Of a DNA stretch of 64,000 nucleotides, positions 32,035 to 42,647 are shown piece by piece (the stretch's first letter is position 1; each line of letters begins with the position of its first letter). The position numbers and the translations under genes were made by a program. The notes under the pieces were generated by a model. It saw only the letters and a list, made by a program, of their open reading frames with translations, ran no database searches and was not told the origin of the DNA. This DNA comes from an uncultured Actinomycetes bacterium (lineage in GTDB: Bacteria > Actinomycetota > Thermoleophilia > UBA2241): the NCBI GenBank assembly GCA_963709345.1, contig CAVPVX010000003.1, positions 60,961 to 124,960 of the forward strand. Direction: 5' to 3'.

Positions 32035-32844
32035 CTACTCGAGGATTCCGTCGCGGTGCGCCTTCAGGTAGGCGCCGCAGAAGTTGTCCTCGCCGCGCAG
32101 CGCTTCGGTCGACTTGATCGTGGCCATCATCTGCTTGTTGCGCACGTCGACGATGAGCCCGTCGAGGCCGAGGCCGGCGCACATGGCGACGAAGGTGCGG
32201 TTGAGCAGGGCGCGGTTCGGCAGGCCGAAGCTGACGTTGCTGAGACCGCCGGTGGTACGCACGGACAGACGCTCCTTGACCAGCTTGAGCGTATCCATGG
32301 TGACCATGGGCGCGCACGGGTCGGCGGACACGGCCATGACCAGTGGGTCGACCCAGAGATCCTCGGTCGGCAGGCCGGCGCCGGTGAAGAGGTCGTAGAT
32401 CTGCTGCGCGACCTCGAAACGGTCCTCTGCCGTCGGCGGGATGCCGTCGTCGTTCATGCAGAGGCCGACGACGGGGCACTTGTACTTCTCGACCTGCGGG
32501 ATGACGGCGTCGATGCGCGCCTGCTCGCTGCTGATCGAGTTGATGAACGGCACCTTGCCGCCGTCCTGTGATGCACGCCTCGACGCCCACGGTCGAGCGC
32601 GTCGGGCTGGCGGAGTCGACCATGAGCTGCGTGTCGGTGACGCCGCATGACCATCATCGATGAGCCAGACGATGTCGTCGTCCTCGTCGCCGCCGGCGAC
32701 GCCGCCGTTGACGTCGAGGATGCCTGGCGCCGGCCTCGACCTGCTCCGGTAGCGAGAGCCTTGATGAACTCGGCATCGCGCGTTCTGGATCGCCTCTCCG
32801 ACCTGCTTGCGCGTCCCGTTGATCGATTCACCCATCAACAACAT
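32035..32844 (-). CDS. Methyltetrahydrofolate:corrinoid methyltransferase (AcsE/MtgA-like pterin-binding protein); several apparent single-base insertions
   Basis: MGESINGTRK, LDVNGG, INSIS, VDPLV, GLSNVSFGLPNR..LN; GGAGGT RBS. Confidence 0.85.
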   Translation of the reverse strand: MLLMGESINGTRKQVGEAIQNARCRVHQGSRYRSRSRPAPGILDVNGGVAGGDEDDDIVWLIDDGHAASPTRSSWSTPPARRARPWASRRASQDGGKVPFINSISSEQARIDAVIPQVEKYKCPVVGLCMNDDGIPPTAEDRFEVAQQIYDLFTGAGLPTEDLWVDPLVMAVSADPCAPMVTMDTLKLVKERLSVRTTGGLSNVSFGLPNRALLNRTFVAMCAGLGLDGLIVDVRNKQMMATIKSTEALRGEDNFCGAYLKAHRDGILE

Positions 32845-32959
32845 TGAACCACCTCCACGAGGCATGACCCGGGACGGCGTCAGGTAGGAGTGATATGCGA
32901 TGGCGTCGCGCCGAAGAAACGGCGCAGGCTCGAGGAGCCAGCCGCGGGTCGGCGCCGGA

Positions 32960-33198
32960 TCAGCGCTCGGAGGGAACACCCAGTCGGGACGCTCCCGACG
33001 CCGGTCCCCGGACGGCGCTCGTCGTTGCCGAGGCCGGCGGCCGCACGACGACGCTCGCCGACCCGCCGATCCTTGACGACCTGCACGTCGCTCCGACCGG
33101 AGAACAGCGCGCGAGAACGCTCGTACAGACCGGTCGCGTCACGGCCCGGTGACGATCAGGAGGTGAGTCCGCGGCGTTGTCGCCTTCGAAGTCATCAT
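32960..33198 (-). CDS. Small Arg-rich hypothetical protein (DRR/ERR repeats), frameshifted in this assembly
   Basis: Stitched translation MMTSKATTPRTHLLIVT..RDATGLYE..ALFSGRSDVQVVKDRRVGERRR...DERRPG.RRRERPDWVFPPSA*; TACAGT -10 six nt before ATG. Confidence 0.55.
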
Positions 33199-33285
33199 GC
33201 TCGGACTGTACCCGACAACGCGGTGTCTGCTGCAGACACTCGTCTGCTCCGTCCGCCGCTGCGGCGCGTCAGTGCACCGAGAGAA

Positions 33286-33317
33286 GCGGCGGGCGGGCCT
33301 TGAGGCCCGCCCGCCGC
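33286..33317 (-). terminator. groESL terminator
   Basis: 15-bp stem gcggcgggcgggcct/aggcccgcccgccgc followed by TTCTCT on minus strand. Confidence 0.75.
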
Positions 33318-33362
33318 CGACGCGACAGAGTCTCGCTCCTTCGTAGCTCTAGCTCTGGTGGA

Positions 33363-35006
<1,644 letters not shown>

Positions 35007-35018
35007 TCAGCCTCCTCT

Positions 35019-35315
35019 CTACTTTGTGACTACGGCCAGGATCTCACTGGCGCGCAGAATCAGGAGCTCATCGCCATCGGACGTCTTGTACTCGGTGCCC
35101 GCGTACTTGCCGTAGATGACCTTGTCGCCCTTCTTGACGTCGACCGGGACGCGCTTCTTGCCGTCCTCGTCCCACTTGCCGTCGCCCACAGCGACGACCT
35201 CGCCCATCATCGGCTTCTCTTTCGCCGTGTCGGGCAGCACGATGCCGCTGGCCGTCTTCTCTTCTTCAGCAACGGCCTTGATGATCACGCGGTCTTCAAG
35301 CGGCTTGAGCTTCAT
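35019..35315 (-). CDS. groS: Co-chaperonin GroES
   Basis: [29 protein letters not shown]. Confidence 0.98.
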   Translation of the reverse strand: MKLKPLEDRVIIKAVAEEEKTASGIVLPDTAKEKPMMGEVVAVGDGKWDEDGKKRVPVDVKKGDKVIYGKYAGTEYKTSDGDELLILRASEILAVVTK

Positions 35316-35364
35316 GCAGCAACCCTCCTTGGTGTCTCACTTGCGGTCTGTGACAGGAACACTT

Positions 35365-35391
35365 CTGGCACTCTCCGGGGTAGAGTGCTAT
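35365..35391. promoter_or_regulatory. CIRCE element (HrcA operator)
   Basis: ctGGCACTC-N9-GAGTGCTAt, close to TTAGCACTC-N9-GAGTGCTAA, upstream of groES. Confidence 0.9.
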
Positions 35392-35406
35392 GCGTTGAGC
35401 GTCGTT

Positions 35407-35435
35407 ATGGTATGACCGGCTCCGGGAGATGTCAA
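35407..35435 (-). promoter_or_regulatory. Sigma-A promoter of groESL
   Basis: TTGACA-N17-TACCAT on minus strand just upstream of CIRCE. Confidence 0.8.
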
Positions 35436-35630
35436 ACCCGCCACCCGAGCCGTCCGACCGGAGAGTGATGGCGTCGCCCAACTCATCTTCTTGCAGGTGT
35501 TTTCACACCACCACTCGCTTCGCCAAGCGTTGTCAGTCGAGGTGGTCGAGTGCTTCACCACCTGGCTCCCGGAGATCGCCGCCGCTAGGATGGTGACGAG
35601 ACTCGGAGGGACGACGAGAGGGGCGACGAT

Positions 35631-36068
35631 ATGCGGGTACTGCTCCAGCGCGTGGCCGGAGCCGCCGTCTCCGTGGACGGTGAGACCGTCGGCCGGACCA
35701 GCCGCGGATTCCTTGCCCTCGTGGGGGTCTGCCATGGTGACGACCCAGCCGCGGCCGGCAAGCTCGCCGCGAAGACGGCGAGGCTCCGCGTGTTCGCCGA
35801 CGACGCCGGCCTCATGAACCTGGCGCTCGGCGACGTCGGTGGAGCTGTCCTCGCCGTCTCCCAGTTCACGCTGTACGCGGACACGCGCCGCGGCAACCGG
35901 CCGGGCTTCAGCGACGCCGCCCGGCCGGAAGTGGCGGAGGCCGTCTACGAGGCCTACGTTGCAGCTCTCCGCGCCGAGGGCGTCCCCGTGGAGACCGGCG
36001 TGTTCGGCGCGCACATGCGGGTAGAGCTGGTCAACGACGGGCCGGTGACGATCCTCCTGGAGACGTGA
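35631..36068 (+). CDS. dtd: D-aminoacyl-tRNA deacylase
   Basis: [30 protein letters not shown]. Confidence 0.96.
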   Translation: MRVLLQRVAGAAVSVDGETVGRTSRGFLALVGVCHGDDPAAAGKLAAKTARLRVFADDAGLMNLALGDVGGAVLAVSQFTLYADTRRGNRPGFSDAARPEVAEAVYEAYVAALRAEGVPVETGVFGAHMRVELVNDGPVTILLET

Positions 36069-36111
36069 CGAGCGCCGGGACCCACTCTCGGCGGGTCCCG
36101 GCGCTCGTCAC
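36065..36111. terminator. 19-bp perfect inverted repeat between convergent genes
   Basis: gtgacgagcgccgggaccc-N9-gggtcccggcgctcgtcac overlapping the dtd stop. Confidence 0.75.
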
Positions 36112-36132
36112 CCTTTGGAGCCGGCGGCCGAC

Positions 36133-36570
36133 TTACGCGGAGTGGCCCTCCGCATGCCGCGCGTCGGCCAGCTTCTCGTCGCTCTGCGGCACGTTCTTGT
36201 AGGCGGCGTACCCGGCGAAGATACCGGCGATCCAGGCGAGGAGCCACGGGCCCCACCAGTAGTACACCATCGGCGACCAGCGGTATTGGCCCCTATCGTA
36301 GGTGTAGACGAGGCCTATCATGGCGGCGCTGCACACGATCACGCCGCCGATGCTCGGCCACTTGAAGCTGATCAGGCCCCCGAGGACCATGATGGCGCCG
36401 ATACCGACGAGCACATGGACGCCGGAAAGGTACTCGGAGTAGATGCCGAAGAACTGCGGGATGCCGAACACGGGCTCTACCGAACGCGCGTACAGCCCGC
36501 CGCCGATCGCGACCGCACCGCCAAGGATGCCGGCGACCGCCGCGTAGTTGGCCATCTTCTGCCCCTTCAT
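36133..36570 (-). CDS. Hypothetical 4-TM membrane protein
   Basis: Four hydrophobic segments; ATGA overlap with APC permease stop. Confidence 0.75.
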   Translation of the reverse strand: MKGQKMANYAAVAGILGGAVAIGGGLYARSVEPVFGIPQFFGIYSEYLSGVHVLVGIGAIMVLGGLISFKWPSIGGVIVCSAAMIGLVYTYDRGQYRWSPMVYYWWGPWLLAWIAGIFAGYAAYKNVPQSDEKLADARHAEGHSA

Positions 36571-37991
36571 GCTTCGACTCCTTCCACTGCGGCGCCGAAG
36601 TCGGTGAGCTCGCCCCGCGACGTGACGACGGATCCCTCGAGAGCGTCATCGGTGGTGCCCTTGTACAGGTTCTTGAAGACGAGGTACGCGATGGGGCCGG
36701 TGAGGATGCCGGCGAGACCGCCGATCATCCAGTCGACGCCGTTGACGAACAGGGCGATGACGGCGATGGCGATCGGGATCGCGACCCACACGCCCAGGAG
36801 CCAGGTGGGCATCGGCACCCGGAACGGGCGCGGCGCGTCCGGCTCCTTGACCCTGAGGATCATCACCGTGAGGAAGATCAGCACGTACGGGAACATGAGC
36901 AGGAAGACATCGATCGTGATCAGCGCGCTGAAGTTGAAGTTGATCAGGACCGCGTTGACGGCAGCCATGAGCAGGATGGCCGCCCACGGCGTGCCCCAGC
37001 TCTTGTGAGTGAGGCCGAGGAACCTGGGCAGGAGACGGTCGCGCGACATCTGGAACTGCGGTCGCGCGCCGGTCGCGAGGTACCCCGCGTAGAGACCGAC
37101 GTTGGAAAGGATCGCCGACAGGAGCATGAGGTAGGCGAGCACGCCTCCGCCGAGGATCTGCGCGGCCTCGACGAAGTCGACGCCGCCGCCGCCCGTCCAC
37201 ATGTTGAGCCAGTTGTCGGCACCGTCGAGGCGAGCCACCCGGATCGCGGCCCAGACCGAGAAGAAGTAGGTGGCGATGACCAGCGGCGTGCCGATCATCA
37301 GCGCTTTGGGAATGACCTTCTGCGGATTCTCGATCTCGCCCGCCAGGGTGGATATCGACTCCCACCCCGAGTACATCCACATCATGATCGCCAACCCGAG
37401 CTGCATCGAGCTCAGGAAGCTCTCACCCTCCGGCATCACCGGTGAGAACGGGTTCCCCGAGCCGGCGATGATGCCCCACACGCTGAAGATCACGAGCGGC
37501 ACCATGACGCCGATCTGGATGATCGTCAGCGCCCAGCCGGTAAGATCCAGGCCGCGGATGTTGATGAACGTGAAGATGGCGATGATGGCGACCCCGATGA
37601 TCGCCCTGGTGCCTCCGCTGAAGCCCCACCTCGCCTCCATGTAGTCGAGAGCCAGGGCCACGTAGACGGCCGAGTCGACGTACAGGGAGAGGGTCCACCA
37701 CCAGCCGGCCTGGAAGCTCCAGTACTCCCCCATGCCGCGGCGGATCCAGCGGTACAGACCGCCGGCCTCGGGGACCATGGAGCCGAGCTCCGAGGCGACA
37801 AACGCCATCGGCACGCTCCAGAGGAAGGGCAGGATGAGAATCATGAGGAGCGTGAGCCCCGGCCCGGAGGACGAGACGACATCCTCCATGCCGAACGCGC
37901 CGGAGCACGTAAGGGTGAAGACGAAGACGACGGCGGTGATCAGCCGCATCCGTACGCGCTTCAGCCCCTCGTTGCGCAGCATCTCTGTCAT
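36567..37991 (-). CDS. APC family amino acid/polyamine permease
   Basis: About 12 TM; SELGSMVPEAGGLYRW, YSGWES..LAGEIENP, TPWAAIL, RPFRVP. Confidence 0.9.
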   Translation of the reverse strand: MTEMLRNEGLKRVRMRLITAVVFVFTLTCSGAFGMEDVVSSSGPGLTLLMILILPFLWSVPMAFVASELGSMVPEAGGLYRWIRRGMGEYWSFQAGWWWTLSLYVDSAVYVALALDYMEARWGFSGGTRAIIGVAIIAIFTFINIRGLDLTGWALTIIQIGVMVPLVIFSVWGIIAGSGNPFSPVMPEGESFLSSMQLGLAIMMWMYSGWESISTLAGEIENPQKVIPKALMIGTPLVIATYFFSVWAAIRVARLDGADNWLNMWTGGGGVDFVEAAQILGGGVLAYLMLLSAILSNVGLYAGYLATGARPQFQMSRDRLLPRFLGLTHKSWGTPWAAILLMAAVNAVLINFNFSALITIDVFLLMFPYVLIFLTVMILRVKEPDAPRPFRVPMPTWLLGVWVAIPIAIAVIALFVNGVDWMIGGLAGILTGPIAYLVFKNLYKGTTDDALEGSVVTSRGELTDFGAAVEGVEA

Positions 37992-38021
37992 GCGGACCCC
38001 CCGCCTACGTTTGTGTACCTT

Positions 38022-39725
38022 TCAGGCCAGCGCCTCGGGTGCGAGTTGCCACAAATCGACCGACAGCTTCGCATTTTCGGCGTAGTCTATCGGAATATCG
38101 ACCACGACGGGACCCGGATGTGCCAGCGCCTGCGCGAGGAGAGGTTTGACGTCGCCGGCCTTCGTGGCGCGAAGACCCTCCACTCCGAACGAACGCGCCA
38201 GCGCCACGAGGTCGGGGTTGTCGAAGCGCGTGCCGGCGATGCGGCCGTACCGGCGCCGCTGGTGCATCTCGATGAGGCCGAATCCCCCGTCGCTCCACAC
38301 GAGGATGACGAAGGGCAGCGCAAGCCGGCGCGCCGTTTCGAGTTCCTGCACGTTCATGAGAAAGCCGCCGTCGCCGCTGATGCACACGACCTTGTGACGG
38401 CCGCGCGTCGCGAGCGCCGCCGCGATCGCCGCCGGCAGCCCGAAGCCCATGGCCGCAAACCCGTTGCTGATGAGCACGGTGTTGGGCTCGCGCGCCTCCC
38501 AGAAGCGTGCCACCCAGAGCTTGTGCGCGCCGACATCGCTGATGAGGATGTCGTCGGCGGCCAGCAGCGAGCGCAGATCGCGCAGAACGCGCTGCGGCTT
38601 CACCGGGAAGTCGGCGTCGGTGCCCGAGTCGAGGACGTTGTGCATGGCCCGCCGGTAGGGTCGCGTCTCGAGCCGGTGCACGGTCTTGCCCTCCAGCAGC
38701 CCGACGAGCTGGAACAGGATGGCGCTCAGGTCGCCGATCAGCTCCACCTCGGGGACGAAATTCGCGTCGATCTCCGGCGGCACCGTGTCGATGCAGACGA
38801 TGCGCTGGCGGCCGTCCGGATTCCAGGCGGAGGGAGGCCACTCGATCATGTCGTAGCCGATGCACACGACGAGGTCGGCCTTGCCGAGCAGACCCTGAGG
38901 GTAGTCCTGACTCCGCAACCCCGCAGTGAACAGGAAGTGTGGATCGGCGGCGTCGAGGACGCCCTTGCCCATGAACGTCGTGATCGCGCGCAGCCCCGTC
39001 TGCTCGCAGAGCGTGCGCAGGGCCTGCGACGCGCCCTGCCGCACGACGCCGTTGCCGACCAGCAGCACCGGCCGCGCGGCCGCTTCCAGGAGCTCAGTCG
39101 TCCGCAGCAGGCCGACAGGGTCGGCCGGGACGAAGGGCTCCGGGCCGCGCGGCATCGGCCGGCCGTCCACCGGGACTTCCATCACGTCGGCCGGGAGCTC
39201 GAGATGCGTGGCCCCCGGCTTCTCCGCCGCCGCGATGCTGAACGCCTTGCGCACTGCCTCCGCGACCATGCGCGGGTGGTGCAGACGCGTGTTCCACTTG
39301 GTCATCGGCGCCAGCATGTCCACCGTGTCGATGAATTGGTGCGTGGTCTCTTTGTGCATGCCGGCCAGCCCCGTCTGACCGGTGAGGGCCACCAGAGGCG
39401 CGTGATCGAGGTTGGCGTCGCCGACACCCGTGGCGAGGTTCGTGGCCCCGGGGCCCAGCGTGGCGAGGCACACGCCCGGCTGCCCGGTAAGCCGGCCGTA
39501 GGCGTCGGCCATGAACGCGGCGCCCTGTTCGTGGCGCGTGGGGACGAACGTGATCTGCCGGGAGTGGTCGAGAGCCTCGCTCAGGTCGAGCGTCTCTTCT
39601 CCGGGGATGCCGAAGACGAACTCGACCTCTTCGTTCTCCAGACACTCGACGAAGAGGTCGGCGGCCAGCCGCGGCTTGTCGCCGGCGCCTGCGGATGGGA
39701 AGACGGGGTGTGGTCTGCGGCCCAT
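38022..39725 (-). CDS. Acetolactate synthase large subunit-like ThDP enzyme
   Basis: FGIPGEE, RHEQGAAFMADAYGR, TLGPGATN, GDGGFLMN. Confidence 0.88.
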   Translation of the reverse strand: MGRRPHPVFPSAGAGDKPRLAADLFVECLENEEVEFVFGIPGEETLDLSEALDHSRQITFVPTRHEQGAAFMADAYGRLTGQPGVCLATLGPGATNLATGVGDANLDHAPLVALTGQTGLAGMHKETTHQFIDTVDMLAPMTKWNTRLHHPRMVAEAVRKAFSIAAAEKPGATHLELPADVMEVPVDGRPMPRGPEPFVPADPVGLLRTTELLEAAARPVLLVGNGVVRQGASQALRTLCEQTGLRAITTFMGKGVLDAADPHFLFTAGLRSQDYPQGLLGKADLVVCIGYDMIEWPPSAWNPDGRQRIVCIDTVPPEIDANFVPEVELIGDLSAILFQLVGLLEGKTVHRLETRPYRRAMHNVLDSGTDADFPVKPQRVLRDLRSLLAADDILISDVGAHKLWVARFWEAREPNTVLISNGFAAMGFGLPAAIAAALATRGRHKVVCISGDGGFLMNVQELETARRLALPFVILVWSDGGFGLIEMHQRRRYGRIAGTRFDNPDLVALARSFGVEGLRATKAGDVKPLLAQALAHPGPVVVDIPIDYAENAKLSVDLWQLAPEALA

Positions 39726-39830
39726 GCTTGTTCCGAGTGTAGCACCGGGAAGCGCACGATCACGCTGCGAGATGGACGACCGCGGCGGCAGCGCACGTAC
39801 AGGATGTCGGGGCTCGGCGCGGCCGACCGA

Positions 39831-40919
39831 CTACACAGAGCGGGCGGTCCGCCCGCGGCCTTTGCGCGGCCGCGCCGCCTTGGCCTCGGCGTCGCTCGCG
39901 AAGGCGTCGAGGCCGAGGTAGTCCGGGCACGCAAGCGCCGGCAGGAAGCCGGCCGCCAGGCCGATCATGCCGGCGTTGTCGGTGCAGAGACCGAGCGGAG
40001 GCAGCGAGAGCTGCAGCCCCTCCTCCTCGCAAGCGTCGGTCAGCGCCCGGCGCAGCCCCGAGTTGGCGGCCACACCGCCGGCGACGGCCACACGCCTCAA
40101 GCCTTCGGCCCTTGCGCCGGCGATCGTCTTGTCGACCAGCTGGTTCACGATCGCCGCCTGGTAAGCCGCCGCGATGTCGGCGCGATGCGCCTCGACCTCG
40201 GCTACCCCACGGTCGCGGAGGTCGTAGAGCAGGGCGGTCTTCAGGCCGCTGAAGCTGAAGCCGCGACCGCGAGGCACGGCGCGCGGAAAGCGGGCGAAGC
40301 CCGGGTCGCCGCGCGCCGCCAGCGCGTCGAGCTCCCTGCCGCCCGGGTACCCGAGACCGAGCAGCCGGGCGCCCTTGTCGAACGCCTCGCCGGCCGCGTC
40401 GTCCATCGTCTTGGCCGCGACGCGGTACCGGACGCCCTCTTCCACGACGGCCAGCAGTGTGTGTCCACCGCTGGCGACCAGGCACACGAACGGCGCCTCG
40501 ATCCCGAGGGCGTAGTTGGCGGCGATGTGGCCCTGCAGGTGATTGACCGGGACCAGCGGCAGTCGAAGACGGTAGGCGATCGCCTTCGCCGCCGCCAACC
40601 CGACGAGCAGCGCGCCGATCAGACCCGGGCCCTGCGTGACCGCGACCGCGCCGAGCTCGTCCCAGCCGACACCCGCGTCGGCCAGCGCCTCCGCGACGAC
40701 GTCACCCACGAGCTCGGTGTGGCGGCGCGACGCGACTTCGGGCACCACCCCGCCGAACCGGGCGTGGAGCTCGTTCTGCGACGACACGATCGACGACACC
40801 ACCTCGCGGCCGTGCACGACCGCCGCACTCGTGTCGTCGCACGAGGTCTCGACGGCGAGGATGGGGCCGGCGGCCGCAGCCTGCCCGGCCGCAGCGACCG
40901 CCCGGGGGCCGGCGGTCAC
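39831..40919 (-). CDS. tsaD: t6A37 threonylcarbamoyltransferase TsaD
   Basis: ETSCDDT, GGVVPEVASRRH, GPGL, HLQGH, SGGHT, DDAAGEAFDK, CTDNA. Confidence 0.96.
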   Translation of the reverse strand: MTAGPRAVAAAGQAAAAGPILAVETSCDDTSAAVVHGREVVSSIVSSQNELHARFGGVVPEVASRRHTELVGDVVAEALADAGVGWDELGAVAVTQGPGLIGALLVGLAAAKAIAYRLRLPLVPVNHLQGHIAANYALGIEAPFVCLVASGGHTLLAVVEEGVRYRVAAKTMDDAAGEAFDKGARLLGLGYPGGRELDALAARGDPGFARFPRAVPRGRGFSFSGLKTALLYDLRDRGVAEVEAHRADIAAAYQAAIVNQLVDKTIAGARAEGLRRVAVAGGVAANSGLRRALTDACEEEGLQLSLPPLGLCTDNAGMIGLAAGFLPALACPDYLGLDAFASDAEAKAARPRKGRGRTARSV

Positions 40920-41404
40920 GCGCTGTCCCCTTCCCAGTCCTTCCACATGATGACGGCGTCCTCGCGGTCGTCGCTGTAGTAGCCGGGGCGGACGCCCGTG
41001 GCGACGAAGCCGAAGCTGCGGTACAGCTCGACGGCCGACGCGTTCGAGACGCGGACCTCGAGCGTGTGACCGCGATGCCCGCGGCGCTCGGTGATCGCGA
41101 AGTACGCCTCGAGGAGCCGTGACGCCAGGTGCTGGCGGCGGAGCGACTCCTCGACGCAGAGGTTCATGAGGTGCCAGACGTCGACGAACATGTCGGCGAT
41201 GAGGTACGCGACGAGGCGGCCGTCGTCCTCACACACCAGGCAGATTCCGCTCTCGCGCGCGAGCTGCCCGCTGAAGACGGCGAGCGACCACGGCAGGGTG
41301 AAGCAGCGAGCCTCGAGTGCGGCGACGGACTGGAGGTCGGTGAACTGCATCGGCCGCACGACGCGCTCGTGCCGCTGGGGGTCCGGAACGACCTGGAGGC
41401 TCAC
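40916..41404 (-). CDS. rimI: Ribosomal protein S18 alanine N-acetyltransferase
   Basis: PWS, LEVRVSN, LYRSFGF, RPGYY..EDA; between tsaB and tsaD. Confidence 0.9.
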   Translation of the reverse strand: MSLQVVPDPQRHERVVRPMQFTDLQSVAALEARCFTLPWSLAVFSGQLARESGICLVCEDDGRLVAYLIADMFVDVWHLMNLCVEESLRRQHLASRLLEAYFAITERRGHRGHTLEVRVSNASAVELYRSFGFVATGVRPGYYSDDREDAVIMWKDWEGDSA

Positions 41405-42156
41405 GACGGATCCCTTACGGACGATGCCGGGGCCGGCGTACCGCCGGCCGGCGGCGTGCCGGCCGGCCGCGGCACGGCGTCCGGCGAGCGGCCGTAGATG
41501 GGGAGCACCGCTTGGGGGCCCCAGACGACGCCGGGCGCACCGCAGGCGACCGCCCGCCCGACCATGGCGGCAGTCGGAGCATCGCTGCCGGGGGCCCTCC
41601 GCGCCGTCTCCGGCAGAAGCTCAGCGTAGAGCGCGGCGCCGTCGCCCCCCACGACGACGTCGCCGTGCGCGCCGAGCCAGGCGGTCAGCTCGCCGGCGGC
41701 GACCACCTCGAGTCCGTCCACCAGCCGCACGACACCGGTCGCGGCGCGCTCGTACACGGCGGCGAACACCTCGCGGCGGCGGCCGTCGATGAGCGGCACC
41801 AGCTGCGCCGCGGGCGCCTGCGGGGACGGCGGCGACGCTCCCGCCAAGGCGACGGCCAGCGCGGCGAGCGTGGGTGCTCCGGCCAGACGCACGCCGGCGC
41901 CGGCCTGCGCCAGCGCCCGGGCGGTGGCCACGCCGATGCGCAGGCCGGTGAAGGCGCCGGGGCCGAGGCCGACGGCGATCGTGTCGACGTCGGCCCACGC
42001 CGCCCCGGACTCCGTGAGGATCTCGTCCACGTACGGCAGCAGACGCCGCGAGTGCGCCGGACCGTCCAGCGACAGACGCTCGGCGACGACAGAGCCGTCT
42101 GCGGCGCACAGCGCCGCGGAGCAGGCCGCCGTCGCGGTCTCAAGCGCGAGGATCAC
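41401..42156 (-). CDS. tsaB: t6A biosynthesis protein TsaB
   Basis: ILALETAT, GPGAFTGLRIG, DGRRREVF. Confidence 0.93.
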   Translation of the reverse strand: MILALETATAACSAALCAADGSVVAERLSLDGPAHSRRLLPYVDEILTESGAAWADVDTIAVGLGPGAFTGLRIGVATARALAQAGAGVRLAGAPTLAALAVALAGASPPSPQAPAAQLVPLIDGRRREVFAAVYERAATGVVRLVDGLEVVAAGELTAWLGAHGDVVVGGDGAALYAELLPETARRAPGSDAPTAAMVGRAVACGAPGVVWGPQAVLPIYGRSPDAVPRPAGTPPAGGTPAPASSVRDPS

Positions 42157-42647
42157 CGGCGATCCCCGCGGCTTTCGGCGATCGCCTCCGCGGACATCGC
42201 GGCTTCGATTGCCGCCTCGAGGCTCGCGGGTCCACCGACACTCACGACGCGGCTGCGCGGCGTGCGGTGCTCGAGCTCAACGCGGACGTCGGCCGGCGGC
42301 AGAGCGTTGCCGCCGACGGCGGGCCACTCCACGAAGGTGAGCGCCGAAGGGCCCAGGTAGTCGTCCCACGCGAACAGCTCGGCGTCGGCGCCGCGGCTCA
42401 ACCGGTAGAGATCCAGGTGATGCAACTCCTCCCCGCCACGCCCGCGGTAGCTCTGGGCCAGCGTGAACGACGGGCTGGTGACGGTCCCACGAACACCGCG
42501 GGCGCGCAGTATCGCGCGAATGAGGGTCGTCTTGCCTGTTCCCAGCTCGCCCTCGACGGTCACGAGCGCCGGCGGTCGCAGCAGACTCGCCAGCTCACGG
42601 CCGAGCTTCCTGGTCTGCGCCGGCGCCGCGAGGGTGAGCGTCACCAT
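42153..42647 (-). CDS. tsaE: t6A biosynthesis ATPase TsaE
   Basis: GELGTGKTT, VTSPSFTL, HLDLYRL, VEW. Confidence 0.94.
   Translation of the reverse strand: MVTLTLAAPAQTRKLGRELASLLRPPALVTVEGELGTGKTTLIRAILRARGVRGTVTSPSFTLAQSYRGRGGEELHHLDLYRLSRGADAELFAWDDYLGPSALTFVEWPAVGGNALPPADVRVELEHRTPRSRVVSVGGPASLEAAIEAAMSAEAIAESRGDRR

Noticed and set aside
32845-33285. Cobalamin riboswitch upstream of the methyltransferase
   Set aside because: No B12-box consensus; the region is better explained by a small frameshifted ORF.
35440-35630. Small ORF or sRNA between the groES promoter and dtd
   Set aside because: No convincing start signal, codon bias or structure.
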